This document shows, piece after piece, positions 18,008-28,339 of a stretch of 52,972 bases of DNA. Source of the stretch: Thermoplasmata archaeon (lineage in GTDB: Archaea > Thermoplasmatota > Thermoplasmata > UBA10834); the NCBI GenBank assembly GCA_014859835.1, contig JACZKW010000112.1, positions 1-52,972 on the forward strand, given 5' to 3'. A program made the position numbers and the translations under genes. Each line of letters opens with the position of its first letter. Position 1 is the stretch's first letter. The notes beneath the pieces are model-generated. The model was not told the DNA's origin, searched no databases, and was given only the letters and a program-made list of their open reading frames with translations.

Positions 18008-18133
18008 CCGAACAGATCCGTGATGATGATCGCATAACCGATCCCTAGGAACACCAGACTGACCCAGAATGCGATGTAGAAGAGTTTGATGAGCTTCACC
18101 CTATCATGGAATATATCGAACAGTCGCAAGTCC

Positions 18134-18775
18134 TCATGCCTCGGTCTTCGTAGCGGTCTTGTTCTTGATCCGCTTCAAACGGAATATGTTGTCACGTTCC
18201 AACTCCTCCAGTCTGAATCTGATGAAACGTTCGATCTCCTCCAGCTCCGGTAAGACCTTGAACTCCAGGGCGTTTACTCGCCTCTTCGTCCTCTCGATCT
18301 CCTCCAAGAGCTTCTTCATCGTGGTCTCCAGTTCGGCCGCCTTCACGACCGTCTCGACCAGCTTCTCGTAGGCATCCGCGGCCTCGTCGATCCTAGGAGA
18401 CGTCCCTATGATCCCGTAACCTCTCTCGTCGAGCGGAGCCACGATACGGGATGATGTTATCTCGGGGACCACGACCCCCATCAGGTTCCTGCTGCGGAGC
18501 TGGATCTCAGGGTGCACCGTGAGGGCATAGGCGGCCGACCGGACCGCGATCACGCCATCCACCGCGGACGCGATGGCGATCGTCTCCTTCGCCGTCCTGT
18601 AAAGTGCCGCGATCTCCTGTCTCAGGTTCTTCGCCTGATCGAGTATGTTGAAGAATTCCAGGATAAGGCCGTCCCTCTTCAGCTTGAGGATCTTGTGTCC
18701 GTTCTTGGTCAGCCTGATCTTCCTCGTGGTCTCGAGCAGTTCCGACCTGGTAGGCTGTATTTCTCTGACGGCCAT
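18134..18775 (-). CDS. atpD: A-type ATP synthase subunit D
   Basis: Last gene of the H-I-K-E-C-F-A-B-D operon. N-terminus PTRSELL....KIRL...GHKILK.KRD. Confidence 0.9.
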   Translation of the reverse strand: MAVREIQPTRSELLETTRKIRLTKNGHKILKLKRDGLILEFFNILDQAKNLRQEIAALYRTAKETIAIASAVDGVIAVRSAAYALTVHPEIQLRSRNLMGVVVPEITSSRIVAPLDERGYGIIGTSPRIDEAADAYEKLVETVVKAAELETTMKKLLEEIERTKRRVNALEFKVLPELEEIERFIRFRLEELERDNIFRLKRIKNKTATKTEA

Positions 18776-18781
18776 CTGAAC

Positions 18782-20161
18782 TCACTTCTTCTTGTTCGCG
18801 GGGTGATATTTCTCGATGAACTTCCTGTCGATCTTCGTTAGGGAATCCATCGGGAGCACCGAGAGCAGTTCCCAGCCGAGGTCCAGCGTTTGGTCTATTG
18901 TCCGGTCCTCATCCTTCGCCTGACGGATGAACCTGTCCTCGAAGGATTCTGCGAAGTTCAGGAATTTCCTGTCCCTATCGGACAACGCCTCCTTGCCCAC
19001 GATCGCAACGAGCCCTCTCAGATCCCTGCCCTCGGCGTAGGCGGCATAGAGCTGATCGGATACGGCTCGGTGGTCCTCCCTCGTACGACCGGGGCCGATA
19101 CCTTGGCCCATCAGACGTGACAACGACCGCTCTACCGCGACCGGCGGATAAATGCCCTGCCTGTGCAATTCCCTGGAAGCCACGATCTGCCCTTCCGTTA
19201 TGTATCCCGTCAGATCGGGTATCGGATGAGTGATATCATCGCCCGGCATGGATAGTATGGGGAACTGCGTGATCGATCCGGCCTTGTCCTTTATTCTCCC
19301 GGCACGCTCGTACATACCCGCCAGGTCGGTGTACATGTACCCAGGATAGCCTCTCCGGGCAGGGACCTCCTCCCTTGCCGCACCGATCTGCCTGAGCGCT
19401 TCGCAATAGTTCGTGATATCAGTCAGAATGACCAACACGTGCATCCCGAGATCGAATGCGAGGTACTCTGCGGTCGTCAGTGCCAGCTTCGGCGTGAGCA
19501 GCCTCTCGATCGCCGGATCGTCCGCGAGGTTGAGGAACACGACCGCTCGCTTGAGCGCGCCCGTCCTTTCGAAATCCTTCATGAAATACTGTGCCTCTTC
19601 GCTCGTTATACCCATGGCTGCGAAGACGACGGCGAACTCCTCTTTCTCACCTAGCACCTTGGCCTGCCTCGCGATCTGCAGAGCGATGTCGTTATGCGGA
19701 AGACCGGACCCTGAGAAGATGGGCAGTTTCTGTCCTCGGACCAGGGTGTTCATGCCGTCGATCGATGAGATACCGGTCTGGATGAACTCTTGAGGATTGT
19801 CCCTGGCATATGGATTGATCGCTGCGCCGATGATCTCGAGCCGCTTCTCAGGGATGATAGGTGGGCCTTTGTCCAGCGGATCCCCCGAGCCGGAGAGTAT
19901 CCTTCCGAGCATGTCCTTGGAGACCGGCATCTTGACGGTCTCGCCCAGGAATTTGACGCCCGACGAACGGTTGATGCCGCCAGTGCCTTCGAAGACCTGC
20001 ACGACGACCACTTCGTTCGATGTATCGAGGACTTGGCCCCTCTTGGTCGACCCGTCAGGCAGGCTGATCGAGACCAATTCTCCGTAGGATATTGGCTCGG
20101 TCTTCTTGACGAAGACCAGCGGCCCTGCGACCTGGCTTATCGTGTGGTATTCCTTGACCAT
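18782..20161 (-). CDS. atpB: A-type ATP synthase subunit B
   Basis: [18 protein letters not shown]..., with ITEGQI and [12 protein letters not shown]. The start is set at M15 of the ORF, 4 nt after the atpA stop. Confidence 0.95.
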   Translation of the reverse strand: MVKEYHTISQVAGPLVFVKKTEPISYGELVSISLPDGSTKRGQVLDTSNEVVVVQVFEGTGGINRSSGVKFLGETVKMPVSKDMLGRILSGSGDPLDKGPPIIPEKRLEIIGAAINPYARDNPQEFIQTGISSIDGMNTLVRGQKLPIFSGSGLPHNDIALQIARQAKVLGEKEEFAVVFAAMGITSEEAQYFMKDFERTGALKRAVVFLNLADDPAIERLLTPKLALTTAEYLAFDLGMHVLVILTDITNYCEALRQIGAAREEVPARRGYPGYMYTDLAGMYERAGRIKDKAGSITQFPILSMPGDDITHPIPDLTGYITEGQIVASRELHRQGIYPPVAVERSLSRLMGQGIGPGRTREDHRAVSDQLYAAYAEGRDLRGLVAIVGKEALSDRDRKFLNFAESFEDRFIRQAKDEDRTIDQTLDLGWELLSVLPMDSLTKIDRKFIEKYHPANKKK

Positions 20162-20165
20162 TGCA

Positions 20166-21902
20166 TCACACCCCCAGCTCTGAGAACTGTCTGTCCATCT
20201 CACCCAGGATCGACTTAAGGTCCTTGTCGATCGTCTCTTCGAACTTCAATTTGCCGAGGTCTGACCTGACCTTGAGAGAGATGACCTTCTCCAAGGGCAC
20301 CTCAAGAGCCAGAGCCTTCTTGGCGAGTTCCGCGTACCTGCGGATCGCGTTCATGTAATCATACTGACGTCTCAACGGACTGTATGTGTCCACCGCGTGG
20401 TACGCACTCTGCTGCAGGAAGAATTCCCGGATCATCCTTGCGACCTCCAAAGTCAGCCTCTGTTCGTCCGGCAACGCATCTGATCCGACCAGCTGGACGA
20501 TCTCCTGCAGCTCGGACTCCTTCTGGAGATTGTCCATGGCCCAGAGCCTGAGCGGATTCCAGTCTTCCGCGACGTTCTGGCGGTACCATTCCTCCAGGAT
20601 CGGGCTGTACAGGCTGTAAGAGGTCAGCCAGTTGATGGCAGGGAAATGTCTCCGTTCCCTGAGCTTGGAGTCGAGCGCCCAGAAGACCTTCACGATCCTG
20701 AGGGTGCTCTGAGTGACAGGCTCGCTGAAATCTCCGCCGGATGGCGATACTGCGCCGATGACCGATATGGAGCCGGTCGGTCCTGCGAGTGTGTTCACGC
20801 GACCGCATCTCTCATAGAATTCTGACAATCTCGATGCGAGATAGGCGGGGTATCCTTCTTCACCTGGCATCTCCTCGAGTCTGGACGAGATCTCCCTCAT
20901 GGCTTCGGCCCATCTAGATGTCGAATCGGCCATCAGAGAGACATCATATCCCATGTCCCGGTAATATTCGGCGACTGTGATACCAGTATAAACGGAGGCT
21001 TCTCTCGCAGCGACTGGCATGTTCGACGTGTTCGCGATGAGGATCGTTCTGCCCATGAGAGGTTTCCCACTCTTCGGGTCCTCCAGCTCCGGGAATGTTG
21101 TGAGCACCTCGGTCATCTCGTTCCCGCGCTCGCCGCATCCGACATAGACCACTATCTGCGCATCGCTCCACTTGGAGAGTTGCTGTGATGTGACCGTCTT
21201 CCCGGTCCCGAACCCGCCGGGGATGGCGGCCGTTCCGCCCTTTGCCAATGGGAAGAGCATGTCCAGGACCCTCTGACCTGTGACGAGAGGGATGTCCGGG
21301 AGGAGCTTCTCGATATATGGCCTCGACTTCCTGACCGCCCACTTCTGCAACATCATGATCTTGTGGCCGGAGTCGAGCTCGCCGATGATCTCCTCTATGG
21401 TGAAATCCCCTTCGGAAATGCTGACTACCTTACCCTTCACATTCGGGGGGAGCATGATCTTGTGTACGATGTTCCCCTCGGGGACCTCGCCCACGATCAT
21501 GCCGCCATGAAGGTCGTCTCCCTTCTTGACTGTCGGTTTGAATTTCCATTTCTTCGTGCGGTCGAGACCAGGAGCTGTCACTCCTCTCGATACGAAATCG
21601 CCTTGCTTGTCCCTCAGGACGGGCAGCGGCCTCTGGACTCCGTCGTAGATGCTCGATAGCAGGCCAGGCCCCAACTCCACTTGCAGAGGGGCGCCTGTGT
21701 CGACGACCTCCTCACCAGGACGGATGCCCGACGTGTCCTCATAGACCTGGATGACCGTCTTGTCGCCCACGAGCTTGATGACCTCACCCATGAGTTTCAT
21801 CTCGCCGACTAGCACGACGTCGTACATCCTGGGCGAGATGCCCTCGGCCGTCACCACGGGACCTGCGACTCTGCTGATCTTCCCTTTCATCTCATCCGCC
21901 AT
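20166..21902 (-). CDS. atpA: A-type ATP synthase catalytic subunit A
   Basis: Walker A GGFGTGKT, plus GERGNEM and [10 protein letters not shown]. No intein-sized insertion. Confidence 0.95.
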   Translation of the reverse strand: MADEMKGKISRVAGPVVTAEGISPRMYDVVLVGEMKLMGEVIKLVGDKTVIQVYEDTSGIRPGEEVVDTGAPLQVELGPGLLSSIYDGVQRPLPVLRDKQGDFVSRGVTAPGLDRTKKWKFKPTVKKGDDLHGGMIVGEVPEGNIVHKIMLPPNVKGKVVSISEGDFTIEEIIGELDSGHKIMMLQKWAVRKSRPYIEKLLPDIPLVTGQRVLDMLFPLAKGGTAAIPGGFGTGKTVTSQQLSKWSDAQIVVYVGCGERGNEMTEVLTTFPELEDPKSGKPLMGRTILIANTSNMPVAAREASVYTGITVAEYYRDMGYDVSLMADSTSRWAEAMREISSRLEEMPGEEGYPAYLASRLSEFYERCGRVNTLAGPTGSISVIGAVSPSGGDFSEPVTQSTLRIVKVFWALDSKLRERRHFPAINWLTSYSLYSPILEEWYRQNVAEDWNPLRLWAMDNLQKESELQEIVQLVGSDALPDEQRLTLEVARMIREFFLQQSAYHAVDTYSPLRRQYDYMNAIRRYAELAKKALALEVPLEKVISLKVRSDLGKLKFEETIDKDLKSILGEMDRQFSELGV

Positions 21903-21917
21903 ACGGAACACTTCCTC

Positions 21918-22217
21918 TCATTTCGTCTTGTAAAGGTCGATTCCCATCGCCCTTCTGATCTTGTCTCTCATGTCGCCTTCTTCCTCACCGACGGGGATGA
22001 CCACGGGATCCACGCTTGCCATCATCCTGTCGCGCAGCGGCTGGGGTAGCCTCTCGATATCCTTCGAGTGGACTGCTAGTATACCGACGCTCTTCTCCTC
22101 CAACAGCTGCAATATCGTCTCCTGCAACTTGTCGGGTTCCACGCCGTACACCATCCTTATCCCAGCGAGTCTGAAGCCGACGACGAACTCCTCAGACCCT
22201 ACCACTGCGATCTCCAT
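21918..22217 (-). CDS. atpF: A-type ATP synthase subunit F
   Basis: 99 aa, MEIAVVGSEEFVVGFRLAGI, located between atpC and atpA. Confidence 0.85.
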   Translation of the reverse strand: MEIAVVGSEEFVVGFRLAGIRMVYGVEPDKLQETILQLLEEKSVGILAVHSKDIERLPQPLRDRMMASVDPVVIPVGEEEGDMRDKIRRAMGIDLYKTK

Positions 22218-23276
22218 TCACATCACCAAGAGCTCTTCGATCACTTTGCTAGAGAGGCTGCTCTCTTTTCCTCTCGCGATTATCCTGATATTGTCCACTT
22301 CCACCTTCTTCCGTATCATGTAGTTCACGATCGGAAGCACGGATAGAGGATAGAAGTGGGCGAACTTCTCACTCTGACCTATCAACGATTTGTCCAATGC
22401 TATAGTGAGCGTGGACATGTGCGCATCTGCCCTATATCGTTCCAAGGCCGGCCGGGACTCCTCGAACAATGAGGACTTCTCCAGCTCTGCGACTATGGTC
22501 GATACGTCCCCACCCTGCGCGAGTGCCCTGAGCTTGTCCAGGCCGTATTCGAATCCTCCAGGAATCAGATATCTCTGGATGCGTTCCTCTGGTATCCGCT
22601 CGGCCTTGAGCTTCAACAAGACTTTGAGGTTGGTGACGTCCACCTCCCTCCTGATGAAGTCCCGTAGCAGGCGCTCAGGGTTCTTGGTCGGTTCGATCAC
22701 ATCGAGAAGGTCGTAGTAGAGCATCTTGTCCAGGTGATCTTCCATCGGGGCGAGCTTGCCCAATTCGACAACGTCCCTCTGCATCTCGGGAGTCAATCTG
22801 AGGGCGGGTTGCTTCATGAGCGAGTCGGTGATCTCCTGAAGAGAAGGCATCGCCACTAGCGTTTTCAGATATTCCTCGGAGAAGGCCCCCGCGGGGACGA
22901 GCGTGTCGATGATCTCATCGTTACTTGCTTTGGACACCTTGCCTCTCAGAATGGTCTTCACGTTGAATGTGTCCCACCTTCTCAGATAGTTGCCGACCAT
23001 CTCACGCAGATGCCCGGTCGTAAACGCGAGCACGTCGGAGTATGTGCTGGCTAGGCTCCTCGTCACCGCGACCTCGACGAGGCTGGCCCCGGAGTACTTG
23101 CCACCATACAGGGACATCTCCTCCCTGTATTGGGTCTCGCCGAGGAACCGGCCAATCTCGTGTATGTCCATCACCATCATCCGCGAATAGGTGTCCTTCG
23201 ATAGGAGGAAACTCTTGCGCGCTTTCACTCGTGCGCACGCATATGCATAGTTCCCTTTCCCGCCGAAGAGCCTCAT
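22218..23276 (-). CDS. atpC: A-type ATP synthase subunit C
   Basis: 352 aa starting GNYAYACARVKARKS, located after atpE. Confidence 0.85.
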   Translation of the reverse strand: MRLFGGKGNYAYACARVKARKSFLLSKDTYSRMMVMDIHEIGRFLGETQYREEMSLYGGKYSGASLVEVAVTRSLASTYSDVLAFTTGHLREMVGNYLRRWDTFNVKTILRGKVSKASNDEIIDTLVPAGAFSEEYLKTLVAMPSLQEITDSLMKQPALRLTPEMQRDVVELGKLAPMEDHLDKMLYYDLLDVIEPTKNPERLLRDFIRREVDVTNLKVLLKLKAERIPEERIQRYLIPGGFEYGLDKLRALAQGGDVSTIVAELEKSSLFEESRPALERYRADAHMSTLTIALDKSLIGQSEKFAHFYPLSVLPIVNYMIRKKVEVDNIRIIARGKESSLSSKVIEELLVM

Positions 23277-23284
23277 CCTCAATC

Positions 23285-23842
23285 TCACCCGAACAGACTG
23301 GAGTATATCTCCTGTATCTTGTTGTTCCACACGCCCTCAAGGATGCTCTCGAACCTGTAGTCGAGTCTGACACTACGGTCCTTGCTCTCGAAGACGAGAC
23401 CCCCCATGCACTCCATCACACCACCATCGGTCACGCCTGCGATGGGCTCCAAGAGAGCCTTGTCCGAGGAATTGGAGTACACGTAGCATGCTCCCAATTC
23501 AGTCATAGCGTTCTGCATTAGTCGGCCATACAGCTTCTTGCGCTTGTCCGCGGGGTAGTTCGCCAACTCTACCAGCACCTGCGTTTTGAGCTCCTCCATC
23601 ACACGCATCTGAGCCGCCAGGAGTGACTTCTTCGCTTCGAGCTCCCCGCTGGATAGCTCCTGCTGTTCCATCTGAGCGATGGCGTTCTCGGCTCGCTGCT
23701 CAGCATTCTTGCGGTGCTCCGCGATCATGGCACTCGTCTGTGCCAACTGCTCATCCCGCTCGCGCTCCCCTTGACGAATTATCTCGCTCTTCTGCTCCTC
23801 GCCTCGGCGAAGGATGTCCTCGACTACCTTGTCCAAGCCCAT
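23285..23842 (-). CDS. atpE: A-type ATP synthase subunit E
   Basis: 185 aa with a charged coiled-coil N-terminus, in the expected operon position. Confidence 0.8.
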   Translation of the reverse strand: MGLDKVVEDILRRGEEQKSEIIRQGERERDEQLAQTSAMIAEHRKNAEQRAENAIAQMEQQELSSGELEAKKSLLAAQMRVMEELKTQVLVELANYPADKRKKLYGRLMQNAMTELGACYVYSNSSDKALLEPIAGVTDGGVMECMGGLVFESKDRSVRLDYRFESILEGVWNNKIQEIYSSLFG

Positions 23843-23906
23843 AGCTCTTCAACTCCGCAGACCGCCTGGGTCGTCTAGCATACCATTCATTCTGACTTTC
23901 GATGCC

Positions 23907-24128
23907 TCACGCGTTCATTATCAGGAATGCAACGACGAAACCGAGGATGACTATGGTTTCGGGCAGAACCATCAGGATCATACCCTTTCCGAACATCTTC
24001 GGGTTCTCTGCGGTCGCACCGACCGCTGCCGCGCCTACCTGTCCTTGAGCGATGCCGGTTCCGATACCTGCTGCGCCTATCGCGATACCTGCGCCGACCA
24101 ACGCCATTCCCATTTGTGTTGGGTCCAT
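23907..24128 (-). CDS. atpK: A-type ATP synthase proteolipid subunit K (c), single hairpin
   Basis: 73 aa with two Gly/Ala-rich TM helices and an ion-binding Glu in LPETIVILGF. Confidence 0.9.
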   Translation of the reverse strand: MDPTQMGMALVGAGIAIGAAGIGTGIAQGQVGAAAVGATAENPKMFGKGMILMVLPETIVILGFVVAFLIMNA

Positions 24129-24140
24129 TTTCTTACCTCC

Positions 24141-26132
24141 TTATTTCGTTTCGACCGAGTACTTCCTAACGTATCTGAGCGGGGAGAATTCCGTCCCACC
24201 GCCCTCGAAGAACTTGAGGAAGAATTCAACATAGTTCAATCTGATAGCTTGAATCCCCGCGGACAATGCGCCGAGGAAGAAGACGAAGAACATCTGGGTA
24301 ACGAACAGGGCGAGTGCCCCCAGGACGATGAATGCGATATTGTGGCTCTCGAATATCAGAGGGAAGAGCATGGTGTTGAACGCCAGTGCCATCGCGCCCT
24401 TGCCTACTGCGAGAGCGGCCAGCCTGGTATAGGAGACCAGGTTGGTGAACAACCCTATGATCTCCGTCATGGCTAGAGGCCCCTCGGTCAACGGGAGCCC
24501 GATCACACCTATCAGTATCAACACGACTGCTGGAATGGAGACGGAGATCCCGGTCAGAGTGGTGGTCATATCTGGCACGGGACTGAGTATGGTGCCGTTG
24601 ATGAACTCGCTCGTGACCGTCGCGGAACCTGCGATCGTCATCATCTCGATGAACAGACCAAAGAGCAGGAAGAGCCACGCGATCTTTGCCAGCGCGTGCT
24701 TCTTATTGTGATGATATTGATTCACGAACCCGAGTATGAAGCCAGCCGTGAGATGCACCCATCCTGCGAGCAGCGACAGCGCGAGCATCTCCTTGATGTC
24801 GTGCATCTTGTCCAGCAATGGATGTATCGGAATGTTGGCGACGGATTCCCACGAGTGCTCGTCCGGGTTGGCCTCTGGCGGATGGAATGGGACGCCGAAC
24901 GCTTCGGCGAACACGAACAGGCCGAACAGGCTCGCCATCAAACCGCTGACGATGATGATCGTGCCGAGCATCTTCAGGTCTGGCGAATCCTTGAGCTTGA
25001 ACCTCATGAAGGCGCCGAGCGCCATGAGGCCCAGCCCGAACCCTAGGTCGCCTATCATGAACCCGAAGAAGATGGGGAATGTTATGAACAGGATAAGCGT
25101 CGGGTCGACCTCGTCGTACTTGGGGGTCGACACGAGATCAAGGAAGAACTCGAATGGTTTGACCGGTTTTGCGTTCTTCAGCTTGACCGGTGGTTCATCC
25201 CCCTTCTCGCTTGGAAGGGTCTCCACGAACGCAAGGCCGCAACATTGCTGGTTCAGGGAATCCTGAAGCATCTTGACCTTGCTGCTGGGGATCCATCCGT
25301 CGATTACGAACGAATTCATCGTGGTCGCTATCTTCAGAGGCGTCTCCGCCTTGAGCACCTCGATAGACAGATGTTCCTCGGACGAGATGATGAGGCCTGC
25401 GAATTTCTTCCTGATAGCATCGAGGTCCGCCTCCGTTCGCTCGAGGTCCTTCTCCAGGTCCGCTATCTCGGTCTTGTTCCTGGCAATGACGTCTCTAGGG
25501 GCACCGGTCACCTGTGGGATCTTCGCCTCCTGGAAACCATGTTGAGTCAATATCCGTTGCGCTTCTGCCCGGTCGTCTGTCCTGACAAAGGCTGCGATCG
25601 CGATATCGCTCTTGCGCGGATTGGTGAACATCTCCGAATCACGAAGCTTGCTGCTGAACGCCAGGGTAGGGTTGGTCGTGCAAAGACCTACGAATGAGAT
25701 AATCGATTCGTAGCCTCCGAAGTCTTCGATGGTGATTCCTAAAGGCGCAAAAGGTTCGAGTGAGGTTATTTCGACCCTCTTCTCGTGGATGAGTGACTGT
25801 ATCCTCTGCCTGTTCTCGGCTTTCTTTGAAGTGTTGAGGTCCAGTGTGACAAGCGCCTGCTCTAGAGTCTTGGTAATCTCGGAGACGGGCATCTTCTCAC
25901 GTGGCTTGTGTGGCTCTATCTCGAGCGCGCGAATCATCGACCGGAGCTTGATGAGCTTCTTCGACGCATCCGATGCTTTCTCCAACGGTTGGCCGATCTT
26001 GAAGTCCTCGTCCTGTTCGTTGAAATCGATGAGGTGCAGTACTCCAAGCTCGTACAGACCCTCGATCGTGACATCGAGGCTCTCGATTGACCCGACTACT
26101 ACCGCACGGGTCATTTCTTCCGGCTTAAGCAT
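24141..26132 (-). CDS. atpI: A-type ATP synthase subunit I (a)
   Basis: 663 aa with a soluble N-terminal half and a multi-TM C-terminal half containing the conserved YTRLAALA Arg. Confidence 0.9.
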   Translation of the reverse strand: MLKPEEMTRAVVVGSIESLDVTIEGLYELGVLHLIDFNEQDEDFKIGQPLEKASDASKKLIKLRSMIRALEIEPHKPREKMPVSEITKTLEQALVTLDLNTSKKAENRQRIQSLIHEKRVEITSLEPFAPLGITIEDFGGYESIISFVGLCTTNPTLAFSSKLRDSEMFTNPRKSDIAIAAFVRTDDRAEAQRILTQHGFQEAKIPQVTGAPRDVIARNKTEIADLEKDLERTEADLDAIRKKFAGLIISSEEHLSIEVLKAETPLKIATTMNSFVIDGWIPSSKVKMLQDSLNQQCCGLAFVETLPSEKGDEPPVKLKNAKPVKPFEFFLDLVSTPKYDEVDPTLILFITFPIFFGFMIGDLGFGLGLMALGAFMRFKLKDSPDLKMLGTIIIVSGLMASLFGLFVFAEAFGVPFHPPEANPDEHSWESVANIPIHPLLDKMHDIKEMLALSLLAGWVHLTAGFILGFVNQYHHNKKHALAKIAWLFLLFGLFIEMMTIAGSATVTSEFINGTILSPVPDMTTTLTGISVSIPAVVLILIGVIGLPLTEGPLAMTEIIGLFTNLVSYTRLAALAVGKGAMALAFNTMLFPLIFESHNIAFIVLGALALFVTQMFFVFFLGALSAGIQAIRLNYVEFFLKFFEGGGTEFSPLRYVRKYSVETK

Positions 26133-26451
26133 CTGCTGTCCCCTCGAACTCCGTTAGAACCAAGGCCCGGACACTGCTCGAGTTAGCACGAGCGCGTGAT
26201 TCCAGAGCATCTGCCTTCCTGACACCTTCTGCGAGGATTGCTTTCTTCTTCGCTCCGATGTCATTTTTGGCGTCAGCGATGCGGCGGTCGATCTGCTTTT
26301 TCAGCTCGGCGTCAGCAGCGTCGACCACCTCTATAGTCATCCGCTTTCCCTCGGCCTGCAGCGCTTTCCGCTTCTCCTCGGCCTGCTTAATCATCGCGCG
26401 GACCTGCTCCTCCGCGATCTTGATCTTCTGGAGGATCTCTGCCTTCCCCAT
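26125..26451 (-). CDS. atpH: A-type ATP synthase subunit H
   Basis: 108-aa coiled-coil protein from the ATG at 26451 (ILQKIKIAEEQVRAMIKQAEEKRK). It overlaps the atpI start by 8 nt. Confidence 0.7.
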   Translation of the reverse strand: MGKAEILQKIKIAEEQVRAMIKQAEEKRKALQAEGKRMTIEVVDAADAELKKQIDRRIADAKNDIGAKKKAILAEGVRKADALESRARANSSSVRALVLTEFEGTADA

Positions 26452-26613
26452 GAAAGCCACTTCAGTTTTTTGGATAACGGTCTTTTGCGGATAATTGTTT
26501 CTATGTACATCGACGATCGGATGAGTGAGTTTCGGTAATCTGGCGACAATTTTCGACATTCGACGATTTGGCACGCGTATACGTGCAAGGTCCAGAGGTA
26601 AGAGAATGCCCCG

Positions 26614-27096
26614 TCAGTGTTGGAGACGGCCCTCGAAGGAGGCTTTGCCAAGTCTGGTCACCTTGATTCCGCCCTGTTTGAGCAACTCCAAGCCGGACAG
26701 GTCCGAATAATCCCCCATGAAAACCACTTGCACGATCTGTGAGTTGAGTATCATCCTGGCGCATATGGGACATGGCACGATTGTGGAATACATGGTAGAG
26801 CCTTGAGCATTGGTCCCTGCCTGGATCAGTGCGTTCTGCTCGGCGTGAACTGCGGTGCAGGTCTCCAGACGCGTCCCGGAGGGGATGTTCAGTTTGTCCC
26901 GGATGCACCCCATCTCCTCGCAGTGAGGCAGTCCCCTCGGGTTGCCGTTGTATCCCGTGCTCTTTATCTCCCCGTGTGGGCTGACTATGATAGCGCCGAT
27001 CTGTCTGCGGGTGCATGTGCTCCTGCGCGAGACTTCGATAGCGATGTTCATGAAGTACTCGTCCTTCGATATGCGCCTGTTGTTCTTGCCTGACAC
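26614..27096 (-). CDS. dCMP (deoxycytidylate) deaminase
   Basis: Zinc-binding motifs HAEQNA and PCPICARM; 160 aa. Confidence 0.85.
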   Translation of the reverse strand: MSGKNNRRISKDEYFMNIAIEVSRRSTCTRRQIGAIIVSPHGEIKSTGYNGNPRGLPHCEEMGCIRDKLNIPSGTRLETCTAVHAEQNALIQAGTNAQGSTMYSTIVPCPICARMILNSQIVQVVFMGDYSDLSGLELLKQGGIKVTRLGKASFEGRLQH

Positions 27097-27217
27097 GGTC
27101 TCTGCCCAGGCTGTGTGAAGACGCTGAATGGATTTCTACCTTTCCGTCGATTGAGGCAGACCAACGTTTACTTATTCTATCAGGTTCTACATTCTCCGAG
27201 ATATCAGAGTGATCCGG

Positions 27218-27823
27218 ATGACTAAATGGACTAAGATCATCGCTGCAGTCCTCGCAATCATCGCGATAGCGCTGTTGGCCTACGCCATCCTCAATAACAC
27301 GCCGACGGACACCACGGAGGATCAGAAGGGCATGTGGGACAATGTCCATACATATTCCACGTCCAACCTCGCCCTGATCATCCTAGCATCTCTGATCATC
27401 GCCGTCGCCGTGATGTTCATACTCCTTCGCGAGGAGTATGTGCCCCTCCCACCCTCGATGACCTTGCCGCCACCCCCTAAGGACGAGGGGACCCCCGCGA
27501 CGAAGGACAAGGCGGCGGCTCCGGAGTCTGCGATCGAGGAAGAGAAGGTTTCATCACCCATCATCGAAAAGGCAACCGTTTCTGAGGACAAGGACATGGA
27601 GGAGAGGTACCTCGCCCTGAGGCTGCTCTCGGGGGATGAGAGGACCATGTTCAAATCGGTCATGGATTCGGGGGGAGAAGCCCTGCAGAAGGATCTCATG
27701 CAACGTACGAAAATGTCCAATGCCAAGGTATCTAGGGTCCTCGAACGACTCGAGCAGAAGGGGGTCATCTCCAAGGAGAGGCACGGCTCCACCAACAAGA
27801 TCAGGATCAACCTCAGAAGATAG
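27218..27823 (+). CDS. Membrane-associated winged-helix transcriptional regulator (two TM helices plus a C-terminal wHTH)
   Basis: TM segments IIAAVLAIIAIALLAYAIL and LALIILASLIIAVAVMFILL. C-terminal ALQKDLMQRTKMSNAKVSRVLERLEQKGVISKERHGSTNKI. Confidence 0.6.
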   Translation: MTKWTKIIAAVLAIIAIALLAYAILNNTPTDTTEDQKGMWDNVHTYSTSNLALIILASLIIAVAVMFILLREEYVPLPPSMTLPPPPKDEGTPATKDKAAAPESAIEEEKVSSPIIEKATVSEDKDMEERYLALRLLSGDERTMFKSVMDSGGEALQKDLMQRTKMSNAKVSRVLERLEQKGVISKERHGSTNKIRINLRR

Positions 27824-27832
27824 CCCATATGG

Positions 27833-27883
27833 CACTTTTCACCTCACTTTTCACTGGGGTGCAAAGGCTCGAGCCACTTTTCA
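27833..27883 (+). repeat. Three direct copies of CACTTTTCA (27833-27841, 27845-27853, 27875-27883), with a degenerate fourth copy near 27898-27906
   Basis: Read directly from the sequence. The repeats lie between the membrane wHTH gene and the small secreted-peptide gene, so they are a candidate operator. Confidence 0.7.
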
Positions 27884-27986
27884 GCATAGGTCCAAATACC
27901 CTTTCACCGAAGTATAGACTCAAGAGGCGCGAAGGGCGACCGGGGTATCCGGGCTCCAAGCGCCGGAAGAGAGAGGTGAATAAGAA

Positions 27987-28268
27987 ATGAAGGCAACAAT
28001 CATGGTCGCGATTGTCGGAGTGGTCGCAGTTCTCGGATTCGCCGGGATCGCAGCAGCGAGCGGCGCCCTGACCGCCGCGAGCTCGGACTCGAAGGGCATG
28101 GGCACAAACGACGGAGCCGGTCACATGAACATGTGGCAGCACATGTGGCAGTGGGCGTTCGGTGGAGACACGACGCAGACCCCTCATGAGTTCAACTACG
28201 ACTACAACTACACCTACGATTACGATGTAGTGAACGACTGCCCCGCTAACAACTGCACCTGCAGCTGA
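27987..28268 (+). CDS. Small secreted protein (93 aa) of unknown function
   Basis: GAGAGGTGA Shine-Dalgarno upstream. Signal peptide MKATIMVAIVGVVAVLGFAGIAAAS. Mature part contains HMNMWQHMWQW, NYDYNYTYDYD and a C-terminal CPANNCTCS. Confidence 0.55.
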   Translation: MKATIMVAIVGVVAVLGFAGIAAASGALTAASSDSKGMGTNDGAGHMNMWQHMWQWAFGGDTTQTPHEFNYDYNYTYDYDVVNDCPANNCTCS

Positions 28269-28339
28269 ACGGGCGTGGCTGTCGATCAAACCCTTTTCGA
28301 CATCAATTTCACTGCTTTTTATGAAACCGGGCTGAACCG

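Noticed and set aside
26501-27349. A 282-aa minus-strand ORF spanning the dCMP deaminase gene and the divergent promoter.
   Set aside because: It is in a different frame from the motif-bearing deaminase (HAEQNA, PCPIC) and would run through the promoter and start of the 27218 gene. The product is Arg/His/Asp-rich and shows no domain pattern.
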